From Massalongia carnosa (lineage: Eukaryota): a stretch of 64,000 nucleotides of DNA. Of the stretch, positions 47,852-60,484 are shown piece after piece. Numbering within the stretch: the first letter of the stretch is position 1; each line of letters begins with the position of its first letter. The stretch spans positions 1,426,001 through 1,490,000 of the forward strand of contig OZ287067.1 of NCBI GenBank assembly GCA_965645245.1, read 5' to 3'. The notes under the pieces were generated by a model. The model was not told where the DNA came from. It saw nothing but the letters and a program-made list of their open reading frames with translations, and did not search any database. Made by a program: the position numbers and the translations under genes.

Positions 47852-49893
47852 TTAAGGACGAAGAAGATCGACCCCCACGCCCCTCAGCGCCGTCACCACC
47901 CAAGCCGGAACGTTTTCCATGCCTCCCCCGTACAGTGTTCCGAAATAGGCGCGTAGGAAGGCGGGGTAGGCGTCCGCGAGAATGGCGTTGCGGGCGGCGG
48001 TCATGAGGGAGAGGAGGTGGTGGACGTTGTGCATTGTGAGGCTGTTGCGTTGTTCGAGGGGAGAGGTTTCGGTGATGTTAGCGGGGCTAGCGTTTTCTAT
48101 TCACACGCTTTTTGTGACTGGAGAGAGAATTTTTTTGGAGGGGGGCGGAAGAGGCAGACAGAGTAAATGCAGCGCGAGAAGGGAGGGTAGATAGATCAAG
48201 CTTACAGATGTGCTCCCGCCGTCTCCTTTCCAGCGACGTGGTAGATGTACGCTCGCGAGATTCCCAACCCGCCGTTCTCGGGGGAGATGCAGCAGGGGCA
48301 GGTGCAGTTTTTCTCGATGGGGGAGTGGTCGTTGGCGTAAGCCGCGTGCCGGAGATTGAGAGTGCCCGTGGCTGTGATGGCGTTTCCGAAGCGCTGAGTG
48401 TGGACATGGTTTTGTTAAGCTGTGAACTTTATTCTTGCCTGTTTTTTTTGCTGGAGGGGGGATGGTGGCTTGACGGGAATAGGGGGGAAATGGGTAGACT
48501 TACGGCTGTGCGAGTGGGCCAGACACAGTCGAACATATCGGCGCCTAGGGCGATGGATACGACTAGGTCTTCGGGGTAGCCGACACCCATTACATAGCGA
48601 GGTTTTTCTGGCGGGAGCCAGGTTGTGCAGGCGTCGACGCTGGGATGGGAAAAAGAAAAATTAGATTTAGTTCGAGTTTCAACATTAATTTACTCCCATA
48701 AGCCGCTTTTTGCTTCAATGATGAAATATTGTCCTTCTATCATAACTATGCCTTCCTCTGGGTTTTCTACCTCTAAGGCAAGGGGGTAGGAAGGTAAAAT
48801 GATAAGGAGGAAGGGGATATTTAAAGGTAGAGAGGTAGAAGAACGAGAGAGATAACTAAAAAGTGATAGAATTTTCAACATAAAACCGAAAAAGGGGCCA
48901 TGGAGTAACGAGGGAGATAAGGAAGAAATTTTTGGGGTTTCAAATAAGAGCAATTAATGACTTACACCTTGCAGAACGAATCCTTATCCTCGCCGCCAGA
49001 AAGCCCTCCGATGGCAATTCCAGGGGTATTTCTTCGCACCATCTCCTCACAGCAGAGCTTCCGCATCTCAAGATCGAGGCCTCCTTGGATGATGCAAAAT
49101 AAATTCTGCCGGTCTGGTAGCTTGTGAGCCGCGATACACCGATCGAGCCAGCGAATGGATCGCTCCATGGCTTCTTTCATTCTCTTAGCGTCTGGAGATG
49201 TAGTGGCGACGACGTCGTCGAGTTGCATTATGATGTCTGAGCCTATCGTATTTTGAAGGGATATTGAATGCTCTGGGGTTAGAAGCCTTTACACTATGGT
49301 TATCATGTGAAGATCCAAGCTTCTCTCTACTTTCAACCTTACATTGGCGTTCCATCATGAGGACTGAGGAACCGCACCCCTTCCTCCGTGATCCTCGCTA
49401 GTTTAAGGAGGCTCACCATCTGAAATCTTGTAAAAACGACTGAAATATCAGTAAGTCACCCATTACTGGTACCCTATCGTACAAACTACACACATTGGGC
49501 TAACTCACCCACCGCTATCAGTCAACAAGTTACCGTTCCATCCCTGTAACCGATGAGCCCCGCCTACTTTCTCTAACGTTTCTTGTCCTGGCTTGAGTCC
49601 AAGATGATAGGTGTTATTTAGGCACAGGTTGCATCCTGTCTGCGCGAGCTGTGATGGCGTGAGGCCTTTGAGTGAAGCTTGAGTGGCGACTGGCATGAAC
49701 ACCGGGAGGGAAACCGGTCCATGAGGAAGAGTAAGGAGAGAAGCTCTAGCTTTTGTTGTCTGGAACCCGGATAAGTATAATTGAATCGAAGATCTATAAA
49801 TGTATCGATATGGACTTTAATGAAAGTGTGACTGACTGAACATTTGGCAACAACCTCAAAAGAGAGGGTAGATGGCTGGGAAACGACGGACAT
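47852..49893 (-). CDS. QTRT1: Queuine tRNA-ribosyltransferase catalytic subunit (eukaryotic TGT), multi-exon
   Basis: Contains [63 protein letters not shown] and [15 protein letters not shown], plus the Zn site CTCPCC...HN. Canonical introns join the pieces in frame. Confidence 0.93.
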
Positions 49894-50390
49894 GATCTTC
49901 TATCATAAAAAGAAATGCCTCCTAGTGCTCAATTCATATTGAAATGTAAGACATCTACAGAAATTATCAATTGATCAACATACGACTTCATTTCACACTT
50001 TGATCATTAGAATAGATAGTCGGCAGAACCCCTAAAGGACGTTCAGCAATCCTTTCTGGTTTACACGAATAGAAGGTTAGAGAGTAGTTTCGAATTTACG
50101 TAATTCGTATGTATTGATACCGTACATACATAGGGCATACATCCGCTAGGTTTGATACAACATATGCAGGTGAAATCGATTTCCTAATGTTTGTAATTCC
50201 ACCTTACTCAGATTGTTATGAAGATATGATTGGACGAACCCCCAATTATCGCTGACGCGCTTGCTTTCCCTCCACCCTCTCTCCTTTGGCCTTGAAGGTG
50301 AGGATTTGAACACAATCCGTCAAGTGTTGTTGGAGCAGTGATAGCAGAGGCAGTGCTCCGTACAGAGTATACGCTCCAACCTCCCCAGTT

Positions 50391-53300
50391 ATGGAGAACA
50401 TAATTCCTCCCCCAACAATCTCGGCGCAATTAGCCACAAGTTCTCCGCCTCAGTCAACAAACAGTGACGGTAACCTGCTTGCACATAATTTGAAACGCCT
50501 TTCACTTACCACAGCTTCTGCAGCAGCTCTTCCCCCTTCTCCAATCGGTGTGCAGCCAGAAGCTTTAGGAAGTCCTAGATCTGCTTCGCCCTTCAGCTTA
50601 GATCAACATTCAAGAAGCCAGCTCCGAAAAACTCCTAGTTCTAGCTCGCTAGGGAGAAAGGATCGATCGTCAACACCAACCTTGCACAAGCGGGCTTCTA
50701 TGAATTCTTTACAAGGCTTTGGCGGCGTTACCCCTCCGCGGTCTCCCGCTTTTCGCAGGACTTCGTCGAGTTTGGCATCTCCCCATGGAGGCATGGCGCC
50801 CAGATCGGTCCTTGCAGCTGCTCCCGAGGAGTCGGTTCAGCCTCTTGCAACAGCTGCCACCGTGGCACATGACTTCTTTCTCCGAGAGCTGGAGGCGCAT
50901 CATGGGGAAAACGCGGCAGTAGGAGATTATGAAACTGTGGTGATACTGCAGGACAATTGTTATGGCCATAGATTTTCAAGACCGCGAACGTCTAGAGCTA
51001 GTCTCAATACAATCGTCGAGCGTCCGGAGCGCATACATGCTTGTATTCTGGGGTTGGCTGCTGCCTATGTTCGACTTGGGGGACGTCATGCGGACGGCGC
51101 AATCGCACCACATCCTAAGAAGGACGTGACTCTACTTTCTTCAGTACCATTTAGGATTCACAAAACCAACCGAACATTGTCCTTGACGTCTCCAGCTGCA
51201 ACAGCTATCCATGGCACGAAATGGATGGGTGAGCTTGGCACCATGTGTGACACAGCAGAGACGAAACTTGCCTTGAACGGGAAAGAGCTTGCTAGATCAG
51301 CTACCTCCTCAAACGGGCACAACAATACGGAGCAGCCAAAATTACATGAAGGCGATCTTTACCTCTGCTCTGGCTCGTTGAATGCATTAGAAGGTGCATT
51401 AGGAGGTGTGTGCGAAGGTGTGGATGCCGTGTTCGCTGAGAGGGGTCCAAAACGTGCGTTTGTCTGCATTCGACCTCCTGGACACCACTGCTCGGCCGAC
51501 TACCCATCGGGGTTTTGCTGGTTGAACAATGTTCATGTTGGAATCGGTCACGCTTCCCTCACTCATGGAATTACTCATGCGGCAATAATCGACTTCGATC
51601 TACATCACGGTGACGGATCACAGTCTATTACATGGGCACATAATTCCAGAGTTGCATCTCTACCCAAAAACACGCCATACTCAAAGAAGACTGCGATTGG
51701 ATATTTTAGCTTACATGATATCAATTCATACCCTTGTGAGATGGGCGACGAGGATAAAGTACGAAATGCAAGCTTATGTATAGAAAACTCACACGGGCAA
51801 ACCATCTGGAATGTACACCTGCAACCCTGGAAGACCGAAGTTGAATTTTGGGAGCTGTATGAGGATAGGTATAAGGTCTTGCTGTCCAAAGCAAGGACAT
51901 TCCTTCGTACTCATACGAACCAGATACGATCAACCCCGAACCATCCTCAACCAAAGGCCGCCATATTTCTATCTGCAGGATTTGATGCGAGCGAATGGGA
52001 GAGCCCCGGAATGCAAAGACACCAAGTAAATGTTCCTACGGATTTCTATGCTCGATTTTCTTACGACGTTGTTCAGCTAGCTGAAGAGGAGGGCCTTGGC
52101 GTTGATGGAAGAGTCATCAGCATTCTCGAAGGAGGTTATAGCGATCGCGCTTTAATGAGTGGTGTTCTGAGCCATTTGAGCGGCCTGGCCACCAAAGGTG
52201 AGCTGGCGAAGGAGGGGAAAACGAGAAATGGCTTGGGTGTCGAAATGGGTCGAAGGATTGGAAAGTTGAGTCCTAATAGTGACAGCACTCAAATTAGTGA
52301 AGAACTACCAAGTACGAGAATCGAGACCTTCGACCCTCGTTGGTGGGCACTTCCACATTTGGAAGAAGCCGAAAATTTGGTCAATCCATCAGCTCCCCCT
52401 GCAGCCACCAGGAAGCCGCGGACTGCTGCCCCGCCGACATATTCATCTGCTACACAGTCTTATACGGCAAAGATCGTAGCATCGCCACAAAGTCGTCGTT
52501 CCCTGTCGGGCTCCGGGAATTATCTCTTTTCCTCACCAACCTCAGGTCCCAGACCTTTGAGCCCTCCTTCCCCAGCCGTAGATTGGGTTACCGCAGCTTA
52601 TGAACTAAGCAAGCTACTAATACCATCGGATCGTCAAACTCGAAGTTGCAAGCCCGAAGAGCTCAACGCGGAAGCCAGCCGAGCAAGGCGTGATCGCCAA
52701 TCCGCCATCGGGTTGCCCATCGATATGCCTGCTCCAGACGGCAAACGGATGCAACTGCGTGATAGAAAAAGCCGAGTACCTAAATACCCTCTTGAGGATG
52801 ATGAAAAATCTGCGTCACGATCCTCTCGACGGAAGACTATGGCGGATGTAGCAACTCTTAACCAAGACCTGCCGGCTATACCCTCCATACCCTCTCGAAG
52901 CGATCTCAGCAAACCCGTCAGGCAACCGCGGAGACGCCTAAGTATTGCTTCTAGCGTCGGTTCTGAGAGAACCTCGGAATTGAACATAGGCTTTGTGGAT
53001 CATATATCCCAACAAGATCCACTAATCATCAAGAAAACTCGCGGGCTGAGTAACCCTCTCACAGAAACATCAAAGGTTAGGGCGGTTAATATACCACCTG
53101 TTGTGCCCCGCGTGGCTTCTGATAATTCAGTTCCCACGAAATCTCAGGCTGCCCTTGCCCCCGTTCCATCTGCTCCCACGCAGGACCAAATTGCTGCATC
53201 GACAAACACAGACCATAGAAGCAAAGATGTAGACCATCTCACCTCTGGCCTGAAGAAAATGAGTATCAAGTTGAACGTCCCATCAAAACAGGAACAGCAA

Positions 53301-54098
53301 GCCAGAGAAGCAAAGGCCAAACCGGTGCCTCGGGGACGCCCCAAAGCAGCTGCTTCAAGGATGAAAAATATCCCCGAGGCGGGCAAAATCAAGGATTCTG
53401 GTGAGAAAGCTGAGTTTGGTACTGTATCAATCCCAACAAAGCCTACCAAAGAACATACTGTGATCACAGAGGCCCCAGCCCAAAGAGTAGATCCGCTCAT
53501 GCGGAGCACAGAATCAGCACTATCCTTATTGCCGACGTCCCCAAAACCACCCCGCCTGCCGCCCGCAACCCAGATAAACGCCCACAACCTACCATTGTAC
53601 CTAAAACCCTTATCCGAAAACCTTCAGCCGCACACTTCCCTTTCCCCTTCCGCTTCCCCTCCCCCTCCCTCTAACATTCCCACCTACGGAACCCCAACCC
53701 CCCTGCAGCCAGCATTGCCAACCTCAGCCCCGCCCACGCCACCACCAAGCGAAACTACCCCTCTCCTCCCCACCCCAGCTCACAACCCATCAATCGAAAC
53801 ACCAAAGTCTACGAAAACACCTCCACCACAACCAATAATGCAACCCCCATCTTCGACCCCTAAACACACAAACAATAATCTCCCCATCTTCACAGCCACG
53901 TCGCCGATCCGGTTTGGGCCGCCAAAGGCAGGCATCAATCACGTTATCAAGCAAGTTCCCCTTAACGCCACCGCAACTGCACCTGGCGTATTGGCACAGC
54001 CCCCAACCCCACCACTGAGCCATGAGCATCACGACGGTCTTGCTTTTGAACGCACGACTCCAGCAGGCCGAGTTAAAGCCAGAGTAATTGATGGGTGA
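50391..54098 (+). CDS. HOS3: Hos3/HosB-type fungal histone deacetylase
   Basis: Contains VERPERIHA, IRPPGHHC, GFCWLNNVHV, IIDFDLHHGDGSQ, YFSLHDINSYP, SAGFDASEWE and SILEGGYSDRAL, with long disordered N- and C-terminal extensions. Confidence 0.93.
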   Translation: MENIIPPPTISAQLATSSPPQSTNSDGNLLAHNLKRLSLTTASAAALPPSPIGVQPEALGSPRSASPFSLDQHSRSQLRKTPSSSSLGRKDRSSTPTLHKRASMNSLQGFGGVTPPRSPAFRRTSSSLASPHGGMAPRSVLAAAPEESVQPLATAATVAHDFFLRELEAHHGENAAVGDYETVVILQDNCYGHRFSRPRTSRASLNTIVERPERIHACILGLAAAYVRLGGRHADGAIAPHPKKDVTLLSSVPFRIHKTNRTLSLTSPAATAIHGTKWMGELGTMCDTAETKLALNGKELARSATSSNGHNNTEQPKLHEGDLYLCSGSLNALEGALGGVCEGVDAVFAERGPKRAFVCIRPPGHHCSADYPSGFCWLNNVHVGIGHASLTHGITHAAIIDFDLHHGDGSQSITWAHNSRVASLPKNTPYSKKTAIGYFSLHDINSYPCEMGDEDKVRNASLCIENSHGQTIWNVHLQPWKTEVEFWELYEDRYKVLLSKARTFLRTHTNQIRSTPNHPQPKAAIFLSAGFDASEWESPGMQRHQVNVPTDFYARFSYDVVQLAEEEGLGVDGRVISILEGGYSDRALMSGVLSHLSGLATKGELAKEGKTRNGLGVEMGRRIGKLSPNSDSTQISEELPSTRIETFDPRWWALPHLEEAENLVNPSAPPAATRKPRTAAPPTYSSATQSYTAKIVASPQSRRSLSGSGNYLFSSPTSGPRPLSPPSPAVDWVTAAYELSKLLIPSDRQTRSCKPEELNAEASRARRDRQSAIGLPIDMPAPDGKRMQLRDRKSRVPKYPLEDDEKSASRSSRRKTMADVATLNQDLPAIPSIPSRSDLSKPVRQPRRRLSIASSVGSERTSELNIGFVDHISQQDPLIIKKTRGLSNPLTETSKVRAVNIPPVVPRVASDNSVPTKSQAALAPVPSAPTQDQIAASTNTDHRSKDVDHLTSGLKKMSIKLNVPSKQEQQAREAKAKPVPRGRPKAAASRMKNIPEAGKIKDSGEKAEFGTVSIPTKPTKEHTVITEAPAQRVDPLMRSTESALSLLPTSPKPPRLPPATQINAHNLPLYLKPLSENLQPHTSLSPSASPPPPSNIPTYGTPTPLQPALPTSAPPTPPPSETTPLLPTPAHNPSIETPKSTKTPPPQPIMQPPSSTPKHTNNNLPIFTATSPIRFGPPKAGINHVIKQVPLNATATAPGVLAQPPTPPLSHEHHDGLAFERTTPAGRVKARVIDG

Positions 54099-54816
54099 CA
54101 TCTGGGCGGTGCCCGATACCCCACAGCTGCAGAGTCGGAGGGGACGGTGGATAAGTTTCTTCTGGATCTAAGTAGGAGGTGGTCGAACATTAGTGATTTA
54201 TTTAAAAAGACTCTTGCGTCGAGTTCAGGGCTAGCTGGTTGGTTAGTCAAGGAACAACTGACTGGATGTAGGGACCGAGAAACAGCGCTTAGCTGGACTT
54301 GTATCTCTAGCGCCATTTTTTGTTTACTTCTCTCGCTGAATCTAGCTTTTTTTCGGCTTATCCATTGCGGGACTTTGAGGGGGGAAAGCAGGGTATGGGA
54401 GCAAAGATAGGAAGGAGGAGAAAAGGTGGATAGAAAAGGATTCTTTCTTTTTCAAGTACCCCCAAACGTTCCTTCCAGCTACCCAACTCCCTCCCAATAT
54501 CGCTTCTGCCTGCGAAACCGGCCCCTCCTGCAACAAAACAAAGGTAGAAAAAGGATTGCAAAGATATTGAATTTTTTTAAATTTTCCTTATTCCCCCCTT
54601 TCCTATGAAATAATAAACGACGATATGCGAGGACACCCAGCAGCACCGGGTGTCTAGGTAGCTGAGTAGGTAGATACGCTTGCACGCAACGTATAATATA
54701 AGGAAAAGCCCTCCAACCAAGTGATTCAGGATAAATAAAGAGACAAGAACACAAACGACCCAACTCATCCACCCATACATCCATTCCGCCTCCCCCACCC
54801 ACCCAAACCCTCCCCC

Positions 54817-57800
54817 TCAGCCTTTCCCAATGCTGCTCCCCAAACTGGTATTGCTGAAAAAGCTAAACTTGCTGCTGACCTTGCTGGACGTGTCGCTGAC
54901 CCAATCCGGGATGCGGATGCTGTCCATCTTCATCTTCATGCGGCCCTCGGCAATCATGTGGATGATGTTAATGACGCCGAAGGCGCTGCTGCCCAGGGCG
55001 CGGAAGACGGCGACGGCGGCGACGGACCAGAGGATGAACTTGAGATAGAAATTGTCGCTCACGTGGGCGCTGCTGTAGGCCTCGCTGACGGCCATGGCGA
55101 GGATGGCGTTGGCCACCATCCACGCTACGACCATGTACGTGCGCACGGCGCGGTAGTAGTCCTCTTGCTGCTGGGCTTCGCTGACGCCTTCCGCCGGCAC
55201 CTCAAGCCGGTCGCGCAGGTTGCGCAGCGCTTCGTCGTAGCCCGAATCGATGTCCAGCTGCTCCGACGGCATTTCGAGCTCGACGGTGTTGCCCTTGCCG
55301 GACACAGCGGCGCCGAGGTCGATGTGGATGACGTTGTCACCCTTGGTGCCCCAAGTGACGTCGTGGGTGTTGCAGAAGGCGTAGACCTGCAAGGTACAGA
55401 TGTAGGAAGGGAGTAGGGCAAAGTACTGGGCCGAAGAGGTGAACATATGCCAAGGGTCGAGGTAGAGGAAGGACATGAGAAAGTAGAGCCCCACGGTGGA
55501 GCCGGTAGAAACAATTAGGTTGGTGAAAATGTTGTTGCCGATGGTGAAAGATGTATGGGGGTTTTTCAGCTGGGAGATGACGATGTAGAGCGCTGCGAAG
55601 GTTGTGTATGCCATTATGACGGAGTAGACTATTAGGCTTGACATGAACATCTTCTTGGCTCTGGGTGATTACTTTAGTTAATGATGCGGGAGGGGCAAGG
55701 AAGTGGGATACGGCTTACCCTTGAGGCCGATTTCCCATCGAAAGGATAAATTGTACACATATCAAGAGTACACAGGCAAATCGCAGTATAACGAAGATGT
55801 ACAATCCAATCCTATGGCCAAAAGGATCGAGTTGTGGATCAGATAATGAGCCGGCGATGAAGTAGAATGTGAGATAGAAATTGGCCTGCCAAAAATTAGA
55901 CCCCACAAATCAAGGGCTTGGAGGAGCATATTTTTGACATACCAGAGAAAAATAGGTGAATGCCAAGCTGACAAACTGATAAACAAACTCTATATGCAGC
56001 AGAACTTTCCGCATAATGGTGTGATCCGTGGTCCATATTTGCCTGAAATGAACCAAAGAATACACAGCAGCGAAGAATGCACCGTTTAGCCATCGTCGTC
56101 GTTGAGATATGAACTCCGGTACGGCATCTGGTAATGGTTAACTTGGCGCTGCAGCGGAACTTGTCCAACTTACCAGGTACATCTGTCTCCCCTGTAGCAC
56201 TTTTAACATACTTCAGCACCCATCGCTCATCACGTTTGGCCACAAGCTCCCAACAGAGGATGCGGTCTTCCGCCAGATACATGTTTGCTGTAAAGACATC
56301 GGCATTTTGGCCATGCAGAGTCTCGCCTTTGAAATATTGACTCAAAGGGCCATGGCCAGTGGCATCATTCTGCAGCGCATAATACCTGTATGCACTCAGA
56401 GCTCCAGGCAACACTGTAATATAACCAAAAACGGATTCCAACGGCTTATCCAGAATATTCGACATTTTATACTCGAAATTTTGAGACGCAACTAATGGGT
56501 TTAGCAGTCCTAGCCAGCCCTTTCCCTTTCCAGCTTTAATTTCGCCGCAGGCTCCCGCAACACTTGAATCGGTATCGAAAGCTTTCCAAAGATGATAGAG
56601 CGAATTTGGTCCGGGTTTTGTGCCGACATCAAGCAGGATGCAAACATTCGGACTAAGAGCTTTTCCGAATGCATTAAAGAACCATCGATGGGAGTTAAGC
56701 TTCTTCTGGTTCTTCTCCTTGAGGCAGAAGATCATTTGACAAGGCACAATACCCTTCTCAGCTCCTTTAAACTTGAGGTCAGCGTCAAGAGACACCTGAG
56801 TTGTGTACTCGTAGACATGCGCTGTAACTTCTCGTTGATTCACTAGATTCTTCGCAATGCCGTCCTGGTAGACCCCCATGGCTGCCAACGCGTCCAGCGT
56901 CCTTGGGTGGACCTTCCGTCTACCATCAGAAACGATGCAAACCACGATTTTCTGCCAGCCGTCTTTTCCCCATGTCCTGGATTTCGAGCGCGAGCAGAAA
57001 TGTGAGATATTTCTCATGACTCCGTGCATCGTACGTGTAAAATCAATTTCATCTTCGTTATACATGGTGACGCAAATGAAAAGTTCCGTATCTCTCATTG
57101 TATTACCGATATTTTGTCGCAGCTTGTACCCTCTCAAGACAAAGTCATCAGGGTCGCACGTCACTGCCGTGTAGCGCATATGCGTGAATTCAACTTCGTC
57201 TCTCCGTGGTAAGAAACTATATAAAATGGTCGGAATTTTGCATTCGAGAATCAGCTCTCCATTGATCAACCGAACTGCTTTCTTCGCCATCTGTGCTTGT
57301 CTCGCACCACGTCTCCTTTCTTGCCGTCCTGTAGGTGCAGGGCCATAATGGTCGTGATCATCTTTTGGATCATTCTCCTCTGTAAAGGTAGATTGAGAAT
57401 GAAACGATTTAAATGACTTGACGCTTGTACGAGGAGCTACACTTGATGCTCCAAACACATCATCACCATCGTCATCAATTGGGATCGTAGTCGTTTCGCC
57501 AAGGTCTCTGGAGGATCGGCTGGACGCTTGCGGTCCTGAGAACAGTGGAGCGGGAGGAAGCGGCCGCTTTGGACTACCACCGTACCTTGAGGAAGGTGTT
57601 CCTGGGCGTGGGCTTCCGTTGATATCAGCGGGCTCGTAGGGAATGGTTGGGGGGGGGGGCCGAGATGACTCGGACGAGGTCCGTGAGTGCGAGTAAGATC
57701 TTGTAGGCGAGTTTCTACTAGGAATATACGGTAAATATGATGGCGCATCGGTCGTGGGTATAGGAATATTGGGAATATTGTCGAGGACCGAGGGAGATTG

Positions 57801-58262
57801 TGACCGGCGTAGGGATGTTGTTGAAGAGTGGGACATCCTCGAAGGGGAGACGGGTCTAGGGGATTCCATGGGTGAGCTCTGCTTTTTGAAATTCACACGA
57901 ACGGTAACATGGCGCTTCGGGGTCTCCTGTGCCTTGCCAACTTGGGGGGACGAGGACCATCGTGAGGATGCAGAAGCGGCTTCTTCCTGATTCGGCGGGG
58001 ATATGCCTTGGGAATCAATGGAGTCATCTGGCCTTGCCTGAACTCTTACGGTCTTGCGTTTGGGACTAACATAATCCTGCGACGATCTTGTGGGAGAAAC
58101 ATGCGAGCGCTGATCGGAATTGTCGACAGAGCTCAGTAGGCGCATTGTAGAGCCATTGTTTGGCATATAGGCAATTGTATCCTCAATTGGAGTCGTTGAA
58201 TACGAAGGTGGAGCGCCAGCATATGCAGGAGGAGCTCCCAATGGTGTAGAAGGAGGGTCCAT
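54817..58262 (-). CDS. CHS2: Chitin synthase, division 1, most like class II; multi-exon
   Basis: Contains [61 protein letters not shown] and QRRRW (after splicing), then [14 protein letters not shown] and multiple TM helices. The class is inferred from the N-terminal block [20 protein letters not shown]. Confidence 0.92.
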
Positions 58263-58726
58263 GTTGGTTGTATGGATGCGCTCACGATGGGAAAAAGGAG
58301 TGGTCTAGTCTTGCGCGGCCATGGAGTAAAGTCTTCAGCTTTGGAATAGATACAAAGCTATCAATGCTGAAGTTGTGCGACTCAATGCCTTGAGAATGAT
58401 AATGAGATCAGAAAGATGAACCAGTAATGATAGTCTTACAGAGCAATTGAGGCCTAATAGTCCGTCATGTAGACGAAGGATGTGTTGATCAGAATATATT
58501 TGTTTGTTTACGGAAAATGACTGGCCGTCCAAGCTTGGAGCTACGCCATGTAAGTTTAGCTTGGCAAGCAAGGCTAGCACAGCCCTACCCGCGAAACCTT
58601 CCGGCCTAGGTACGAGTATCAATCATTACCGGTTTCAGCCCGAGAGTTCAAAGTCCTAGTAGTGAACACTCAGCAAAAATATCGAGTAGCGGATAAGACT
58701 TCTTTTTCTCGCAGTTATTGTCTCTG

Positions 58727-60202
58727 ATGGCGATGAACACAAGAAGATTATCACCCACCGCAAACCTACTCCGGACATCTAGACTCTTCTCCCTACCTCC
58801 ACCACTCCCCACGCCCAGTCAGGATTTTCTCGCGACTAGTAGATTCAATTCCGAGACCGCGACACTACCATATCCTACACGTGCAGCTATCGAAACAAGT
58901 CCACCATCCTTGGCGAGAGGAGACTGGGGTCTGAAGCGTTCCCTTCCCCGCAAGTCGACAGCGGTAACATCCACGCCGTTGATCCGGATTGGTGATATAG
59001 ACTCGATTGACCATGTCACCGACTTTGAATCTGCTGCAGATCACACTCTTACTCTTCGAAAATGGCAAGAAATGAATGTGTCTGTATCAACACCGCTCCA
59101 TTCGCAAGACAACCCCTATGCAACTAGGCCAGCTCCTTCTCCTAAGAGTGTCTTCGACTCAGATGTCGATAATACGGAAAGTAGTGATGGAATAATGGGC
59201 GCACGGCGCTGGAAGTTCAAAGGTCCTTGGCTCGCTGGCAAAACTGAAGGAAAATTCCAGGAATACGTTGAGACGAAGATCAAGAAACGGAAGCTGGAGT
59301 TTCGGGAATTTCTACGTGAGAGTCTTGAATCGAAGATGAAAGCCACTCGAAAGGAGGAGGCTACGAATCTGGGCCAGGATACTCAACAAGATCTGAACAA
59401 TATTTCTAATGAAGATCTTGATTGGTATATTAGGAAATTAAGGCAAGACCCGCGCAAATTACGTGCTCTAGTGGAGCGATTTCTAGATCTACCAAACTAT
59501 ACTGAGTTATCGGGGACCATACATCAATCAAGATCCGATATGACGGCATCATCCATGGAAAAAAGCTTTAAAGAGCACGGCCCGCCACAAACTCATCCGT
59601 CAGCTGGGCTATCATATCTGCGCACTTCTTCACATATTCATAACCACCCCATTCTTGGGCCGCAAGAAGTAGAGCCGCCGGTGCCAGGGCGCGTTCTGCG
59701 TCCCCAGACAGACGGAAGAGGGCATCAAAGTGCTCGAGCAATTGTTGGTATTGGTGGAGTTGTGACAGCCGATGATCGAGTTGCAATTAACATGGGAGCG
59801 TATCCCCCAGGCGTGGTGACGTATGATCCCGATGTCATGGGTGGTACCAAGGTCTGGCATCATCCAGAGCTTCTATCTATTAACTCACAAGGTCGAATAA
59901 GAGTATCAGTACATCATGCTGATCAGAACACATTAGCAATATATGAAGGTTTCATAGAAGAAGAAGGCGCAGCCGCTAAGGCATCTATCGTCCTTGGAGG
60001 AGACCGAACTTTCCCGGTTTCAAACTCGTCTACGTCCTCAAAATCACCAATACCCGAGAGAAAAAGGTCAACCCCAAACTATGGACTTGGGGGAACGAGC
60101 CGTATGGGCTCTGGTAGTCGAGCCAAACCCTTTGAAGGAAAAGAGGCAGAGACGGAAGATGTACTCAAGATGCTGAAATTTGGGCTCCCTAATAAACGGT
60201 AA
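58727..60202 (+). CDS. MRP51: Mitochondrial small-subunit ribosomal protein Mrp51 (bS1m)
   Basis: Contains NLLRTSRLFSLP, SLARGDWGLKRSLP, DFESAADHTLTLRKWQE and THPSAGLSYL. The first ATG is at 58727 (alternative 58733). Confidence 0.88.
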   Translation: MAMNTRRLSPTANLLRTSRLFSLPPPLPTPSQDFLATSRFNSETATLPYPTRAAIETSPPSLARGDWGLKRSLPRKSTAVTSTPLIRIGDIDSIDHVTDFESAADHTLTLRKWQEMNVSVSTPLHSQDNPYATRPAPSPKSVFDSDVDNTESSDGIMGARRWKFKGPWLAGKTEGKFQEYVETKIKKRKLEFREFLRESLESKMKATRKEEATNLGQDTQQDLNNISNEDLDWYIRKLRQDPRKLRALVERFLDLPNYTELSGTIHQSRSDMTASSMEKSFKEHGPPQTHPSAGLSYLRTSSHIHNHPILGPQEVEPPVPGRVLRPQTDGRGHQSARAIVGIGGVVTADDRVAINMGAYPPGVVTYDPDVMGGTKVWHHPELLSINSQGRIRVSVHHADQNTLAIYEGFIEEEGAAAKASIVLGGDRTFPVSNSSTSSKSPIPERKRSTPNYGLGGTSRMGSGSRAKPFEGKEAETEDVLKMLKFGLPNKR

Positions 60203-60484
60203 TATTACCTTGGAGACATGCTGAATCCCTATACGAAGAAACACCAGCATGTTATCTTTTGCACTGTAATTTAATTTACTGTGACCCCCACCATTAGGTA
60301 GATAGTCCCTATAGATGTTTGAAGAACTAGCGTTAAGTCGGTACCCTACGTGACATCTTCAAACGGGAAACATTGTCACGTGTTTGACTGGAAATAGGGC
60401 ACACTGTAAATTAATATTTAGCGAGAATCTCAAACTGAACTTCCACTTCTCCCTCAGCCAAAATATTGAAGCAATACTGCAATC

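Noticed and set aside
49978..49995. ACATACGAC, similar to the 5' end of fungal 5S rRNA
   Set aside because: The match stops after 9 nt and the rest does not resemble 5S.
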